A stretch of 64,000 nucleotides of DNA from Octopus bimaculoides (GCF_001194135.2 NC_068985.1:114147948-114211947); one strand, 5' to 3'; numbered from the stretch's first letter, positions 42,311 to 53,356 are shown. The notes: generated by a model from the letters alone, not told the origin. Program-made: numbers and translations.

Positions 42311-43511
42311 CACACACATACATGACAGCCTTTTATACAGTGTCTGTCAGCAAAATTTGCTCACAACCCAGGACTATGGTAGAAGACACTTGCCCAAGGG
42401 GCTGTGTAATGGGACTGAACCTGAAAACTCACAGCTGGAAAGCGAGCACCTTAACCACACAGCCATGCCTGTACCTGTACAACTGAATATTCCGGATATC
42501 TGGTCATCACATCTTAAATCATCATAGGCCCTTACAAAACTCATTAAAACTCTTTATATACATCAGTTATTCCCATTAATATTTCTGAATGTAGTTGAAA
42601 TGAGAGAAAAAGGAAAAAATAATTTAAGTAAAGAGCAAGTTTTATTAACCTAATAAAATACTGTAAATGCAGTAAAATTAAATATTGCACAGTACTTTGA
42701 GAAGCAACGATCCATTTTAGATAGAGTAGAAACTTTCTTTTAATGGCAATTAATTAACACAAATTAGCACGAATTCTCTTGACTCTAATCAACAACAGAT
42801 TTTTTTTTGTTTTCTTTTTTCCCCCTCAGTATTAGTCACTTTAGAGTTCTAGCTATTTGAGCATCAAATATATGTAAGAGTGAGTTACCAGTATCACCAT
42901 TTATTGCACCAGGAACATTACAACAACTCATCACAAAAGGAGAGCAGGAAAAAGAATGGAGGAATGTTTTTTATTGTTTAGCACCAGATTCTGTCTTCTT
43001 CCAAAAGACACCAGACCTGTGCTGAAAGGTGTTCAGAAGCCATGCCCATCTCAAATTTTCTTTCAGAAATGGTGCTTTTTAGATGTTGTCTCATGTGTTT
43101 GACATACTTTTTAAGAATTTAGTAGCTATTTCTAGTAGGCTAGCTGACCACATACAGGAGCCCTTACTAGTTCAACAGCAGCTGAGGATTAAATGCATAT
43201 AACACTCCATTTTAATTACATATACTAATGTATATGGCTGTCATTTAAAATTATACATATACTAAACTTAAGTTCTAGGAAAATGAAGCCAATTATATAT
43301 ATATATATATATATATATAAATATATATATATATCATCATNNNNNNNNNNNNNNNNNNNNNNNNNNNNNNNNNNNNNNNNNNNNNNNNNNNNNNNNNNNN
43401 NNNNNNNNNNNNNNNNNNNNNNNNNNNNNNNNNNNNNNNNNNNNNNNNNNNNNNNNNNNNNNNNNNNNNNNNNNNNNNNNNNNNNNNNNNNNNNNNNNNN
43501 NNNNNNNNNNN

Positions 43512-43544
<33 letters not shown>

Positions 43545-43815
43545 TTTCGTCAAACTACTTCATTCTGTGAGTTTTTCTCACTGGAGAAAGATGTTGTGGC
43601 CTGCCACTCACAGTCCTTGAATATCTCATGAGGTTGGTGATTTTGTGTCGCTATTTGAGCTATATTTTTTAGCTCCAATTTCTAGCAATTGCAGGTGCTA
43701 TTTTGGTCCCTTAATTATTTTACCTGTTTGGTTTTTAATTGCTACAGCCATCAATATCATAATGTATTTAATATATAATAATATACTAATTTATCGTTAT
43801 AATATCTTATTGTAT

Positions 43816-44194
43816 TTACTCTTTTACTTGTTTCAGTCATTTGACTGTGGCCATGCTGGAGCACTGCCTTTAGTCGAGCAAATCGACCCCAGGACTTATT
43901 CTTTGTAAGCCTAGTACTTATTCTATTGGGCACTTTTGCCGAACTGCTAAGTTAAGGGGACCTAAACACATCAGCATCGGTTGTCAAGAGATGTTGGGGG
44001 GACAAACACAGATACACATGCATACATATATACATATATACGACGGGCTTCTTTCAGTTTCCGTTTACCAAATCCACTCACAAGGCTTTGGTCAGCCCGA
44101 GGCTATAGTAGAAGACACTTGCCCAAGGTGCCACGCAGTGGGACTGAACCCGGAACTATGTGGTTGGTAAGCAAGCTACTTACCACACAGCCAC
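43816..44194 (-). mobile_element. Near-full-length, young tRNA-derived SINE (family 2) with an internal microsatellite
   Basis: Minus strand has A box TGGCTGTGTGGT, B box GGTTCAGTCC, CORE-like caccttgggcaagtgtcttc, internal (TA/CA)n, and a 3' part ending gactgaaacaagtaaaagagta. About 20 copies or fragments occur in the window. Confidence 0.8.
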
Positions 44195-44519
44195 TCTTGT
44201 GTATTTATATATATATATATATAAGGAGAGCGGTTGAAAGAGAGAAAGAATTGATGAGTAGCCATCAAAAGATAAATCCATGCTAATGGAGAGTTCAGTG
44301 AATATCAGGTTGTAAAACTTTAATACAGTATTAGAACACAGAGAATCCAAATGGGACTGGCTGATATGTATGTATATAGATAATCAGCTAAAATGATCTT
44401 TAAGAGAAACATATTTATGATAAAAGCAGAAAAGCATTAATTTCACATGTGATATTCCTGATGATTTGGGTAAACGTAGCTATTAAATTAATTTCCATTT
44501 TTTTTTCTATGGGGCAAAG

Positions 44520-44770
44520 ATCCCAGGCACCTTCCACTTAGGGTCCTATCAGAAGCATCCATCATTAAACTTCCTGATTGGTTTCCCAACCATGACCAAT
44601 TGAGAGTATGGATATTATTTAGCCGTCTCATTTTTGGTCCACCCTTAAGTCTTCTGGTTGGTTCATCTTGAAGAATGTGTCTCGTGATTCTTTCCTGCAA
44701 CATTCTCATCCCATGTCCTTCGTAGCAGTGCTGTAACCTCTCAATGCAGAGGACTAGTGGCTCAACCTGG
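44520..44770 (-). pseudogene. Degenerate fragment of the C-terminal ORF region of an RTE-clade LINE
   Basis: LCIERLQHCYEGHGMRMLQERITRHILQDEPTRRLKGGPKMRRLNNI..ASDRT resembles the RTE pattern IE.RQLRW.GHV.RM..ER..RRIL....G.R.RGRPK.RW.DNI..A.DR..W. Confidence 0.55.
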
Positions 44771-45142
44771 AGAAACTCCCTGATCCCTGAGTTATGTACC
44801 CTGTTGAGTAATGTTACTCAAGAGAACCTTCTGAGGAACTCTGGTTTAGTCACTTGTATTCATTATTGTACTCTTTCTGTCATTATCTAACATTTACAAC
44901 CACAGGTGAGAGTAGGCACACAAACTAAATTGAAGATTTATATTATGTGTCACAAAAACATAATTACACATGCAATATTGATGTCTAACTTAACGAAACA
45001 GCTGTTGAATATGAAGTATGAACTATGTGAAATTTATGCTTTTCTATTTTTATTCTGTATATACACACACATTATATATATACATATATATATATTCACA
45101 AATGGATATAAAAAAGGGAAGATAGAGGAAGTGTGTTCTTAC

Positions 45143-45328
45143 TTTGATGATGGTGCCAACGGTAGTTCCAATGAAAGCCACAGTGTAATCATAAGTTATC
45201 GATACAGCTACAGCAGAAGCTATTATCGAAGGGAAATCCTGTGTAATGGGAACCTCCACTGGTACAGTCCCAGCTATTGGTGTGTTGATATCTAAAGTTC
45301 CACAGTAATTGTCATCAATTTGGAGTGT
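45143..45328 (-). CDS. PlexA: Internal coding exon of a plexin (plexin-A-like), C-terminal part of the Sema domain
   Basis: On the minus strand: polypyrimidine acceptor tttcttctttaaaatctctttcAG, a 186-nt open phase-0/0 exon, then donor AAA|GTAAGA. Translation TLQIDDNYCGTLDINTPIAGTVPVEVPITQDFPSIIASAVAVSITYDYTVAFIGTTVGTIIK matches the plexin-A motif as I recall it (IDDNFCGLDIN.P.GG...YSVVFVGT.SG.LKK). Assigning the A subfamily rather than another plexin needs BLAST. Confidence 0.85.
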
Positions 45329-45414
45329 CTGAAAGAGATTTTAAAGAAGAAACATCAAGATTCATGAATTATTTTATTGTAATAATTAAAACAGCAACAA
45401 CAATAATAATAATA

Positions 45415-45840
45415 ATTCTTTCTACTATAGGTAGAAGACATGAAATTGGAGGAAGGGGATAATCAATTACATCGACCCTAGTACTAAAGTGATATGTTTT
45501 TTTCATTGACCCCAAAAATATGAAAGGCAAAGTCAACCTTATAGAAATTTGAACCCAGAATGTAATGATGAATGAAATGCCACTAAGTATTTTGCCTGGC
45601 ATGCTAACAATTCTGCCTCAATAATGATAATCCTTTCTACTATAGGCACAAGGCCTGAAATTCTGGGGAGCAGGGCTAGTCAATTACATTGACCCCAGTG
45701 CTCAACTGGCACTTAATTTATCGACCCTGAAAGGATGAAAGGCAAAGTTGACTTCTGCAGAATTTGTACAGAAAGATTGATGAAATAGCACTAAACATTT
45801 TGCCTGGCATGCTAATGATTCTGCCAGCTCGCTGCCTTAA
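45415..45840 (-). mobile_element. Two tandem family-3 SINE copies just 5' (upstream) of the plexin exon
   Basis: ctttctactatagg..gaaaggcaaagtcaacct..gccagctcgctgccttaa occurs twice. Other single copies at 7105-7290, 14855-15030, 29690-29870 and 53880-54100. Confidence 0.7.
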
Positions 45841-46952
45841 ATAATAATAATAATAATAATAACAACAACAACAATAATCCCAAATGGGAGATAGTACCAA
45901 CTGGTACTCTTAAACATTATGGCTAAATATCAGACAACCCAAAAGTATCAACAATACAAGAAATTGTTCTCATGTATTGCCCGCTTCTTAAGAAAAAACA
46001 CTTAATCTGAGAATACTTGGTTCTCATAAAACTCTTTCAAAACTGAAATATTACAAATTTAACAATCTTAGTCCTTAGCATCTGGTCTCCTTCTCCAATA
46101 ATTTATCATTGTTAATCCTAAATAACTCCCACAGTAAAGTGTCCAACTTGCTCTTACTTGAGATCTCTGGGTGATGCTTGGAACACTTTGTATAAAGCAG
46201 AGTAAAAAACAATGTAAATAATAATTATAATATAATAAAAACACATACACTAATATAACAAGAAACTAGACCCCATAACAAAAACTGATGCAGCACACCA
46301 ACCAGAGGAGTCTACATTCACCCAAATTCCACAAAAATAACACAATGCTGCTCACAACTCAGGGACATGGCAGTGCATTAGATGGTGCAGTAGAAACTTG
46401 CATAAGACTACCAAAGAGTAAATATTATTACAGATATACATATACAAAGATTGTCAATGCATACAGGCATGTCCTCTACATCCCTCTCTCAGCTGAGAGA
46501 TCCTAGTCTTGCAGGCTTGGGGGTGTTGGCGCCAGGTAAAAGTGCCGGTGTCATGCAAGAGCACCGGTTCCAGTGTCACATAATAGTGCCTGTGCTGGTA
46601 CCATGTAGAAGTGCCTGTGCCGGAGTCACAAAAAAGCACCCAGTACATTATGTAGAAGGGTTGGCATTAGGAAGGGCATCCAGCCATAGAAAACATGTCA
46701 AAACAGACATGTGGAGCCCAGGAAGCTCTTCAGCTGGTCAGCTACTGTCAAACTATCTAATTCATGCCAGCATAGAGAATGGACATTAAATGATGATGTT
46801 GATGATGATGATGATGATGGTGAGGATGAAAATGACCATTTTAACATCCTCTTTTTTGTGCTTGCCTAAGTCAGTAGGAGCTTATTTAGGTAAATTTTCT
46901 ATAGCTGGATGCCTTTCATATGCATACACACAAACATCATACACATACACAC

Positions 46953-46997
<45 letters not shown>

Positions 46998-47600
46998 GGC
47001 TTCTTCCAGTTTCTTTTAACCAAATCTCACTCGCAGGTGTTTGGTTGGTGAAGAAGCCATAGAAGACACTTGCCCGAGGAGATACACACTGTGACTGAAC
47101 CCCAAACCATGTGATTAGGAAACAACCCACGCAGCCATGTCTGTAGTGCTATTAGAGAGTGGAATTAATTACCAAATTACCAATCCTAAGGACTTTTGAG
47201 CTTGTGAAAGGGGTGGGTTAGCATTTTAGTATCTCACCAATCAATACGATATAGTATTATACCGATGACAGTCTTTTCTGCTGACAGACACTTTAATAGA
47301 AATATCTAGTAATTTATTTCTCATAAATACAACCAATTTAAAGTGAACATAAACACTAAAGGTGAACGGTTCACCAGGTCTTCAAATTTTGACCTTTACT
47401 ATGCCGCAGGTAACTGTGGTCACAGTATTGTTTTATTATGTTATAGCACTGTCACTAACCTGGGTCATCGACTAAATGAAATTTGAAGCATTCATCACTA
47501 CTGTAGCTACTGCAGCAGTATAGAGAAGGAAACAATGACATCATTGTTGTTGGCGGAGGTGATTGTCATCTGCGTAATGTGATGTTATAAAGCAGCATGC

Positions 47601-48540
47601 TAAAGGTTAAGCTAGTTATAAAAGTAAATCATTAATGGAACCAGAGTCACTAAAGATACATGGCAGTGTTCAGACAATATAAGTCTATCATCTGATAGAA
47701 GAAGAGTCACTGGTTCAAATCTCACCACTGGCAGNNNNNNNNNNNNNNNNNNNNNNNNNNNNNNNNNNNNNNNNNNNNNNNNNNNNNNNNNNNNNNNNNN
47801 NNNNNNNNNNNNNNNNNNNNNNNNNNNNNNNNNNNNNNNNNNNNNNNNNNNNNNNNNNNNNNNNNNNNNNNNNNNNNNNNNNNNNNNNNNNNNNNNNNNN
47901 NNNNNNNNNNNNNNNNNNNNNNNNNNNNNNNNNNNNNNNNNNNNNNNNNNNNNNNNNNNNNNNNNNNNNNNNNNNNNNNNNNNNNNNNNNNNNNNNNNNN
48001 NNNNNNNNNNNNNNNNNNNNNNNNNNNNNNNNNNNNNNNNNNNNNNNNNNNNNNNNNNNNNNNNNNNNNNNNNNNNNNNNNNNNNNNNNNNNNGTGTGCT
48101 TGCTATTTAAAAGGGCTCAGGTTCATCCTTGTAGATCACTAAAGGTTAAGCTAGTTATAAAAGTAAATCATTAATGGAACCAGAGTCACTAAAGATACAT
48201 GGCAGTGTTCAGACAATATAAGCCTATCATCTGATAGAAGAAGAGTCACTGGTTCAAATCTCACCACTGGCAGTGTGCTTGCTATTTAAAAGGGCTCAGG
48301 TTCATCCTTGTAGATCACTAAAGGTTAAGCTAGTTATAAAAGTAAATCATTAATGGAACCAGACTCACTAAAGATACATGGCAGTGTTCAGACAATATAA
48401 GCTTATCATCTGATAGAAGAAGAGTCACTGGTTCAAATCTCACCACTGGCAGTATGCTTGCTATTTAAAAGGGCTCAGGTTCATCCTTGTAGATCATTAA
48501 AGGTTAAGCTAGTTTCACTGGTTCAAATCTCACCACTGGC
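47601..48540 (+). repeat. 179-bp tandem repeat, at least 3 sequenced units, with a gap equal to about 2 more
   Basis: Unit starts (taaaggttaagctag) at 47601, 48140, 48319 and 48498, giving a period of 179; units are near-identical. Confidence 0.9.
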
Positions 48541-48894
48541 AATGTTAATTAAATGGGGCCCAGACTCATTCTTATGGATCAATCTTTAGCCATCTTAATT
48601 TGTAGTTTAAGGAACTAGAATTAACCGTTTTGTTTATCATGTTCCTCTTGAAAGACATTGCCATTGTTTCAATGAAAATAATGAAGAAATTAGTAAAATA
48701 ACATTGTCATTATTAAGCAGGTGTTTGGGATATACATTAATTTTGATGGAAAATTTTAAGTTTAAATCACTTTAAATCAAACTTCATATCATAGAAACAT
48801 GGGTAGTCTGACTGAGGCAGGTCTGTATCAAAGACAAGCAGATGCTTTTTTATCGATATACTAAAGAAGTAGATACTTTTTAATGGATCATTCA

Positions 48895-49205
48895 TCATCA
48901 TCATCATCATCATCATCAATGTTTAACGTCTGCTTTCCATGCTAGCATGGGTTGGATGATTTGACTGGGGACTGGTGAACCAGATGGTTACATCAGGCTC
49001 CAATCTGATTTGGCAGAGTTTCTACAGCTGGATGCCCTTCCTAACGACAACCACTCCGAGAGTGTAGTGGGTGCTTTTACGTGCCACCGGCACGAAGGAC
49101 AGTCAGGCGGTACTGGCAACGGCCACACTCAAAACGGTGTATTTTACGTGCCACCTGCACAGGAGCCAGTCCAGTGGCACTGGCAACGATCTCGCTTGAA
49201 TGACT
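48895..49205 (-). mobile_element. Family-4 element
   Basis: Reverse complement of 26662-26915 with a longer 5' part and a (CAT)n tail. Confidence 0.7.
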
Positions 49206-50587
49206 TTTCAGCTTAGCATCAATAATTATGTAACAATAAAGTCATCATTCACCATTTTAACATCCTCATTNNNNNNNNNNNNNNNNNNNNNNNNNNNNNN
49301 NNNNNNNNNNNNNNNNNNNNNNNNNNNNNNNNNNNNNNNNNNNNNNNNNNNNNNNNNNNNNNNNNNNNNNNNNNNNNNNNNNNNNNNNNNNNNNNNNNNN
49401 NNNNNNNNNNNNNNNNNNNNNNNNNNNNNNNNNNNNNNNNNNNNNNNNNNNNNNNNNNNNNNNNNNNNNNNNNNNNNNNNNNNNGGCCACACTCAAAACG
49501 GTGTATTTTACGTGCCACCTGCACAGGAGCCAGTCCAGTGGCACTGGCAACGATCTCGCTTGAATGACTTTTCAGCTTAGCATCAATAATTATGTAACAA
49601 TAAAGTCATCATTCACCATTTTAACATCCTCATTCACCATTTTAACATCCTCATTCACCATTTTAACATCCACATTTCCATGCTTGCATGAGTTGGACAG
49701 ATTTATTAAAGCATCTTCGCTACAGCCAAAAGCTCTTCCTTGTCACCTACCCTTACCTTTTTCTAAATAAGGTAATATTCCTCTATGACTAGACATGGTC
49801 TCACAGAATAATGGAAATGAATGACTTCAGAAGTGAGCATTATCATTGCAGTGGTCAGGGTATTACACATGCCATGATGAAATACTACCACTTCTGTAGT
49901 TTCTTTGCTCATAAGGGTGGCATAAGGTATGTGTAAGTATAGGAGGTAACAAACCAAATTTTCCTGGACTTTGTGTGACTTTATCCTCTATTGCTACTCT
50001 TCATTAATGTTTTTACTGCTAAAATCAAGCCATCTACTCAAAATTTCATAAACATTAACAAGGGAAAGCAGTTTTATATACCAAAATACCTCTTTTATAT
50101 ACAAGGGGTAGCTGAAAAGTTCCTGGCTGTAACCCTCATGACAATGGTATTTTTATCAGGTAACTAGGTTGCACTGACAGTAATTATCTTGGCAGAGATC
50201 AGTAATTAGTGCATGACAATGGTTCAGCATATATCTATGTCAACTGCTTCATAGCATGCACTGTTTATTTATGTAAACTTTCATCCCTGCGAGGACTGTA
50301 AATTCAACAAAACTGGTGAAGCTGGAGGCGACCGTAAATTCCATGAAAGACCAGAAGAATTTGCTGAATGTGTACGAATTTGATAGGAAGTCATAGTCAA
50401 AATGGCAGTGTAACTGCCAAAACTGCTGCTTTTCTACTATTATGGTGATTAAGTCTCGAACTGGGTTGGAAAATTTTACATGAAGAATAGTCTAACAAAC
50501 CTATCAGATTCCTTGAAATTTGCACGGTGACCTTTATTATTGATTCTGTGAGTGATAGTGGATATATATATATATATATATATATAT

Positions 50588-50840
50588 GGTCCGTGGGAAG
50601 AGCCATTTTAACGATGCGTCCTGCCTTACTCTTCGAAACGCGCCTGTGTTAGAATGGGGGCAGCTGATGAAGGAAAATGTTCTCTATGTGGCTTGTGTGT
50701 TTTCTTTACTCTGGTGATTATCATTTTTTGTCTATGTTTTCTTTGCAATGTCCTGTACCTAGATATGCACCTATACATACAGGTAGACGTAGGTATGCAC
50801 ATACCTGTATGTATATATGCATATACTCATTTATTATTTG

Positions 50841-50850
<10 letters not shown>
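50588..50850 (+). mobile_element. ~250-bp hammerhead-carrying dispersed repeat, copy B (probably Penelope-like/retrozyme-type non-autonomous element)
   Basis: Homologous to 26226-26435 (+) and 51801-52045 (-); flanked by (TA)n. The link to Penelope-like elements is inferred from their known association with hammerheads. Confidence 0.6.
50615..50675 (+). ncRNA. Putative hammerhead ribozyme, non-circularly permuted (copy B)
   Basis: TGCG-TC (50615-20), CTGCC (50621-25), CTTC-GAAA-CGCG (50631-42), GGCAG (50659-63), CTGATGA (50664-70), A-GGA. Stem I is CTGCC/GGCAG, stem III is ACGCG/TGCGT, and stem II is GGA/TTC after an extra A. Confidence 0.7.
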
Positions 50851-50882
<32 letters not shown>

Positions 50883-50984
50883 TAATAATAAGGGTGATAA
50901 ATTAGATATTAATTTAATTAACACCAATTTAAAACCAGTGGCCTAGCAGAAAGAAAATTCTGAAAATTCAGAAAAATTATATTA

Positions 50985-51287
50985 CATACATATGAGAAGG
51001 GATGACCACTAAGTGGACATCTATTATGCTAGAAATAGACCATCTACAGTCAAACCACAAAAGAAAAGAATGTTCTCCAGGGAAATTCAGCACACACCAG
51101 AACATGAACAAGACAAAAGAAAATATACAAAAAATGACTAATTCTTTATTTTTGTACATTTTCATTTGTCTTGTTCATGTTCTGAATTTCCCTGGAGAAC
51201 ATTCTTTTCTTTTGTGGTTTGACTGTTGATGGTCGATTTCTAGCATAAAGGATGTCCACTCAGTGGTCATCCCTTCTCACATGTATG
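50985..51287. mobile_element. Foldback MITE with ~140-bp inverted arms and TA flanks
   Basis: catacatatgagaagggatgaccact...aagacaaaagaaaat versus atttgtcttgttc...agtggtcatcccttctcacatgtatg. TA at 50983-84 and 51288-89. Confidence 0.75.
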
Positions 51288-51447
51288 TAATATATATATA
51301 TATATTATATATACATCAACCAGTACACAAACAGGTACAAAACTGCTGCAGATAGGGTTGTGTATATTCTCATCTGATTCAAAGCAAGTACATAGGGCAT
51401 GTAAATTTATGTCAACTGATGTTATGGGTTTATAGGTATCGCAAAAG

Positions 51448-51620
51448 ACCTGGTTGGAGGCCCAACCTTCTGAGTTCTTTTACAGGGCTTAGAAAAACTG
51501 GAGGACAGCTGCAATAAGTGAATGAATCTGAGAGAGGAATAGGTTGATTAAAATCCTAATTAACTGATCCCCCTGTATTTTTTTTAAATCCAAAACCAGG
51601 AACTTTTTAGCACCCCTTCG
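51448..51620 (+). mobile_element. Decayed mariner transposase C-terminus plus right TIR
   Basis: TWLEAQPSEFF / LQGLEKLEDSCNK*MNLREE*VD* (frameshifted) resembles the mariner C-terminus, e.g. TWLDGQ.SEFFLSGLQKLEQRAKKCIELRGEYVE. It is followed by accaggaactttttagcaccccttcg|TA. Confidence 0.65.
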
Positions 51621-51715
51621 TATATATAAAACAGCATGTAATCTATCGAAATATATACATCTATATATATTTATATTCAAGAGTATGTATGTATCCGTGT
51701 GTGTGAGTGTATATT

Positions 51716-51747
<32 letters not shown>

Positions 51748-51800
51748 TCTATATCTACCTATTGATCACAGCATCTCTCTCTCTCTCTCATATATATATA

Positions 51801-52045
51801 TAAATAATACAAATAATAAATGAGTATATGCATATATACATACATGTATGTACATACCTACATCTACATGTATATATAGATGCATATCTCGGTACAGGAC
51901 GATGCAAAAAAACGTGGACAAAATGGTAAACAGAGTACAGAAAACACACAGGCCACATAAAGAACATTTCCTTCATCAGCTGCCACCATTCTAAAACTAA
52001 GCGTTTCGAAGAGTTAGGGCAGGACACATCGTTAGCATGGCTATA
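51801..52045 (-). mobile_element. Hammerhead-carrying dispersed repeat, copy C
   Basis: The reverse complement aligns along the length of copy B (roughly 80-85% by eye). Confidence 0.65.
51969..52028 (-). ncRNA. Putative hammerhead ribozyme, non-circularly permuted (copy C)
   Basis: Minus strand reads gatgtGTC CTGCC ctaactcTTC GAAA CGC ttagttttagaatggt GGCAG CTGATGA A GGAaatg. It has the same core segments and pairings as copy B, with a G-U wobble in stem III. Confidence 0.7.
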
Positions 52046-52093
52046 NNNNNNNNNNNNNNNNNNNNNNNNNNNNNNNNTAACATTTACTTTACC

Positions 52094-52132
<39 letters not shown>

Positions 52133-52334
52133 TTGATCCTTTATATTGAACACTCAATATTTCATCTACATTCAATACTTTCTTTCATGGTGCCATCCAT
52201 TTTTATTTTATTTTATATTATATATTGTATATTATATTATATATTGTATATTCCATATTCTATACCCCACATTGGTTCTGCAGGAATATAAATAAAACAT
52301 AAAAAACAGACAGTGTTGGAACTCTTTTAAACAA

Positions 52335-52369
<35 letters not shown>

Positions 52370-52442
52370 TAGATAGATAAGGTCCAACCCATGCCAGCAT
52401 TGGCAACAGACGTTAAATGATAGTGGTGATGATGATTGTATG

Positions 52443-52655
52443 TGCCTTATCTTCGAAACGTCAGGTTAGAATAGGGGCAGCTGATGAAGGAATATTCCAA
52501 GTGGCTTTCCGTTTTCCTATGTGCTCGTTCTGTTGTCTGTAGTTCATTGTTCTAATGTCCTGTACCCTGATATGTATATATATACACATGTAGATGTAAG
52601 TATGTACATTTATGTGTGTATACATGTATACATATTCTTTGTATTATTATTATTA
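52443..52655 (+). mobile_element. Hammerhead-carrying repeat, second subfamily (copy D), cleavage-site segment degraded
   Basis: tgccttatcttcGAAAcgtcaggttagaatagggGGCAG-type segment followed by CTGATGA aggaatattcc. The body matches 36099-36290. Confidence 0.55.
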
Positions 52656-53027
52656 TATATATATATATACACACACACAGCTGTATCTATACAAAATGTG
52701 TATGTGACCTCCTGAGTCAGGACAAGAATGGGAATGTAGAGAATGCTCACTGATTAGATTTAAGGTCATTCCCTGACCTAAATAATTTACTGAATGAATC
52801 TCTTTCCCTGGCTTCCTCACTCTCTTTCAGCTGTCCTACTCTTTGCAATACGTAGGTGTGTAATAAAAAACAAGCTTGTGGCTGATGGAAGGCGGCTGTG
52901 TGTTGGTGTGTCAACTATTTGAATTAATTATATAAGCAGAAACAAAGATTTTAAAGTTTGCACACCAACACACACACGTGATCAACTATATAAAGCATTC
53001 AATACTATGTGTGTCTAAGTGCATGAC

Positions 53028-53066
<39 letters not shown>

Positions 53067-53084
53067 ATGGTGATATATTCGTTT

Positions 53085-53293
53085 TTACTCTTTTACTTGT
53101 TTCAGTCATTTGCCTGTGGCCATGCTGGAGCACCACCTTTAGTCGAACAAATCGACCCCAGGACTTATTCTTTGTAAGCCTAGTTCTTATTCTATCGGTC
53201 TCTTTTGCCGAACCGCTAAGTTACGGGGGACGTAAACACACTAGCATCGGTTGTCAAGCAATGTTGGGGGAACAAACAGACACACAAACATAT

Positions 53294-53326
<33 letters not shown>

Positions 53327-53356
53327 CATACATATATATATACAATGGGCTTCTTC
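53085..53356 (-). mobile_element. Family-2 SINE, 3' half
   Basis: Matches 43816-44050; the tRNA head is absent. Confidence 0.7.

Noticed and set aside
42475-42584. Strong minus-strand acceptor and a GT donor suggesting the next plexin exon
   Set aside because: Stop codons in all three frames.
49486-49625. Direct duplication of 49122-49270
   Set aside because: It flanks a gap exactly, as expected of an unmerged contig overlap. The same applies to 41660-41790 and 5600-5700.
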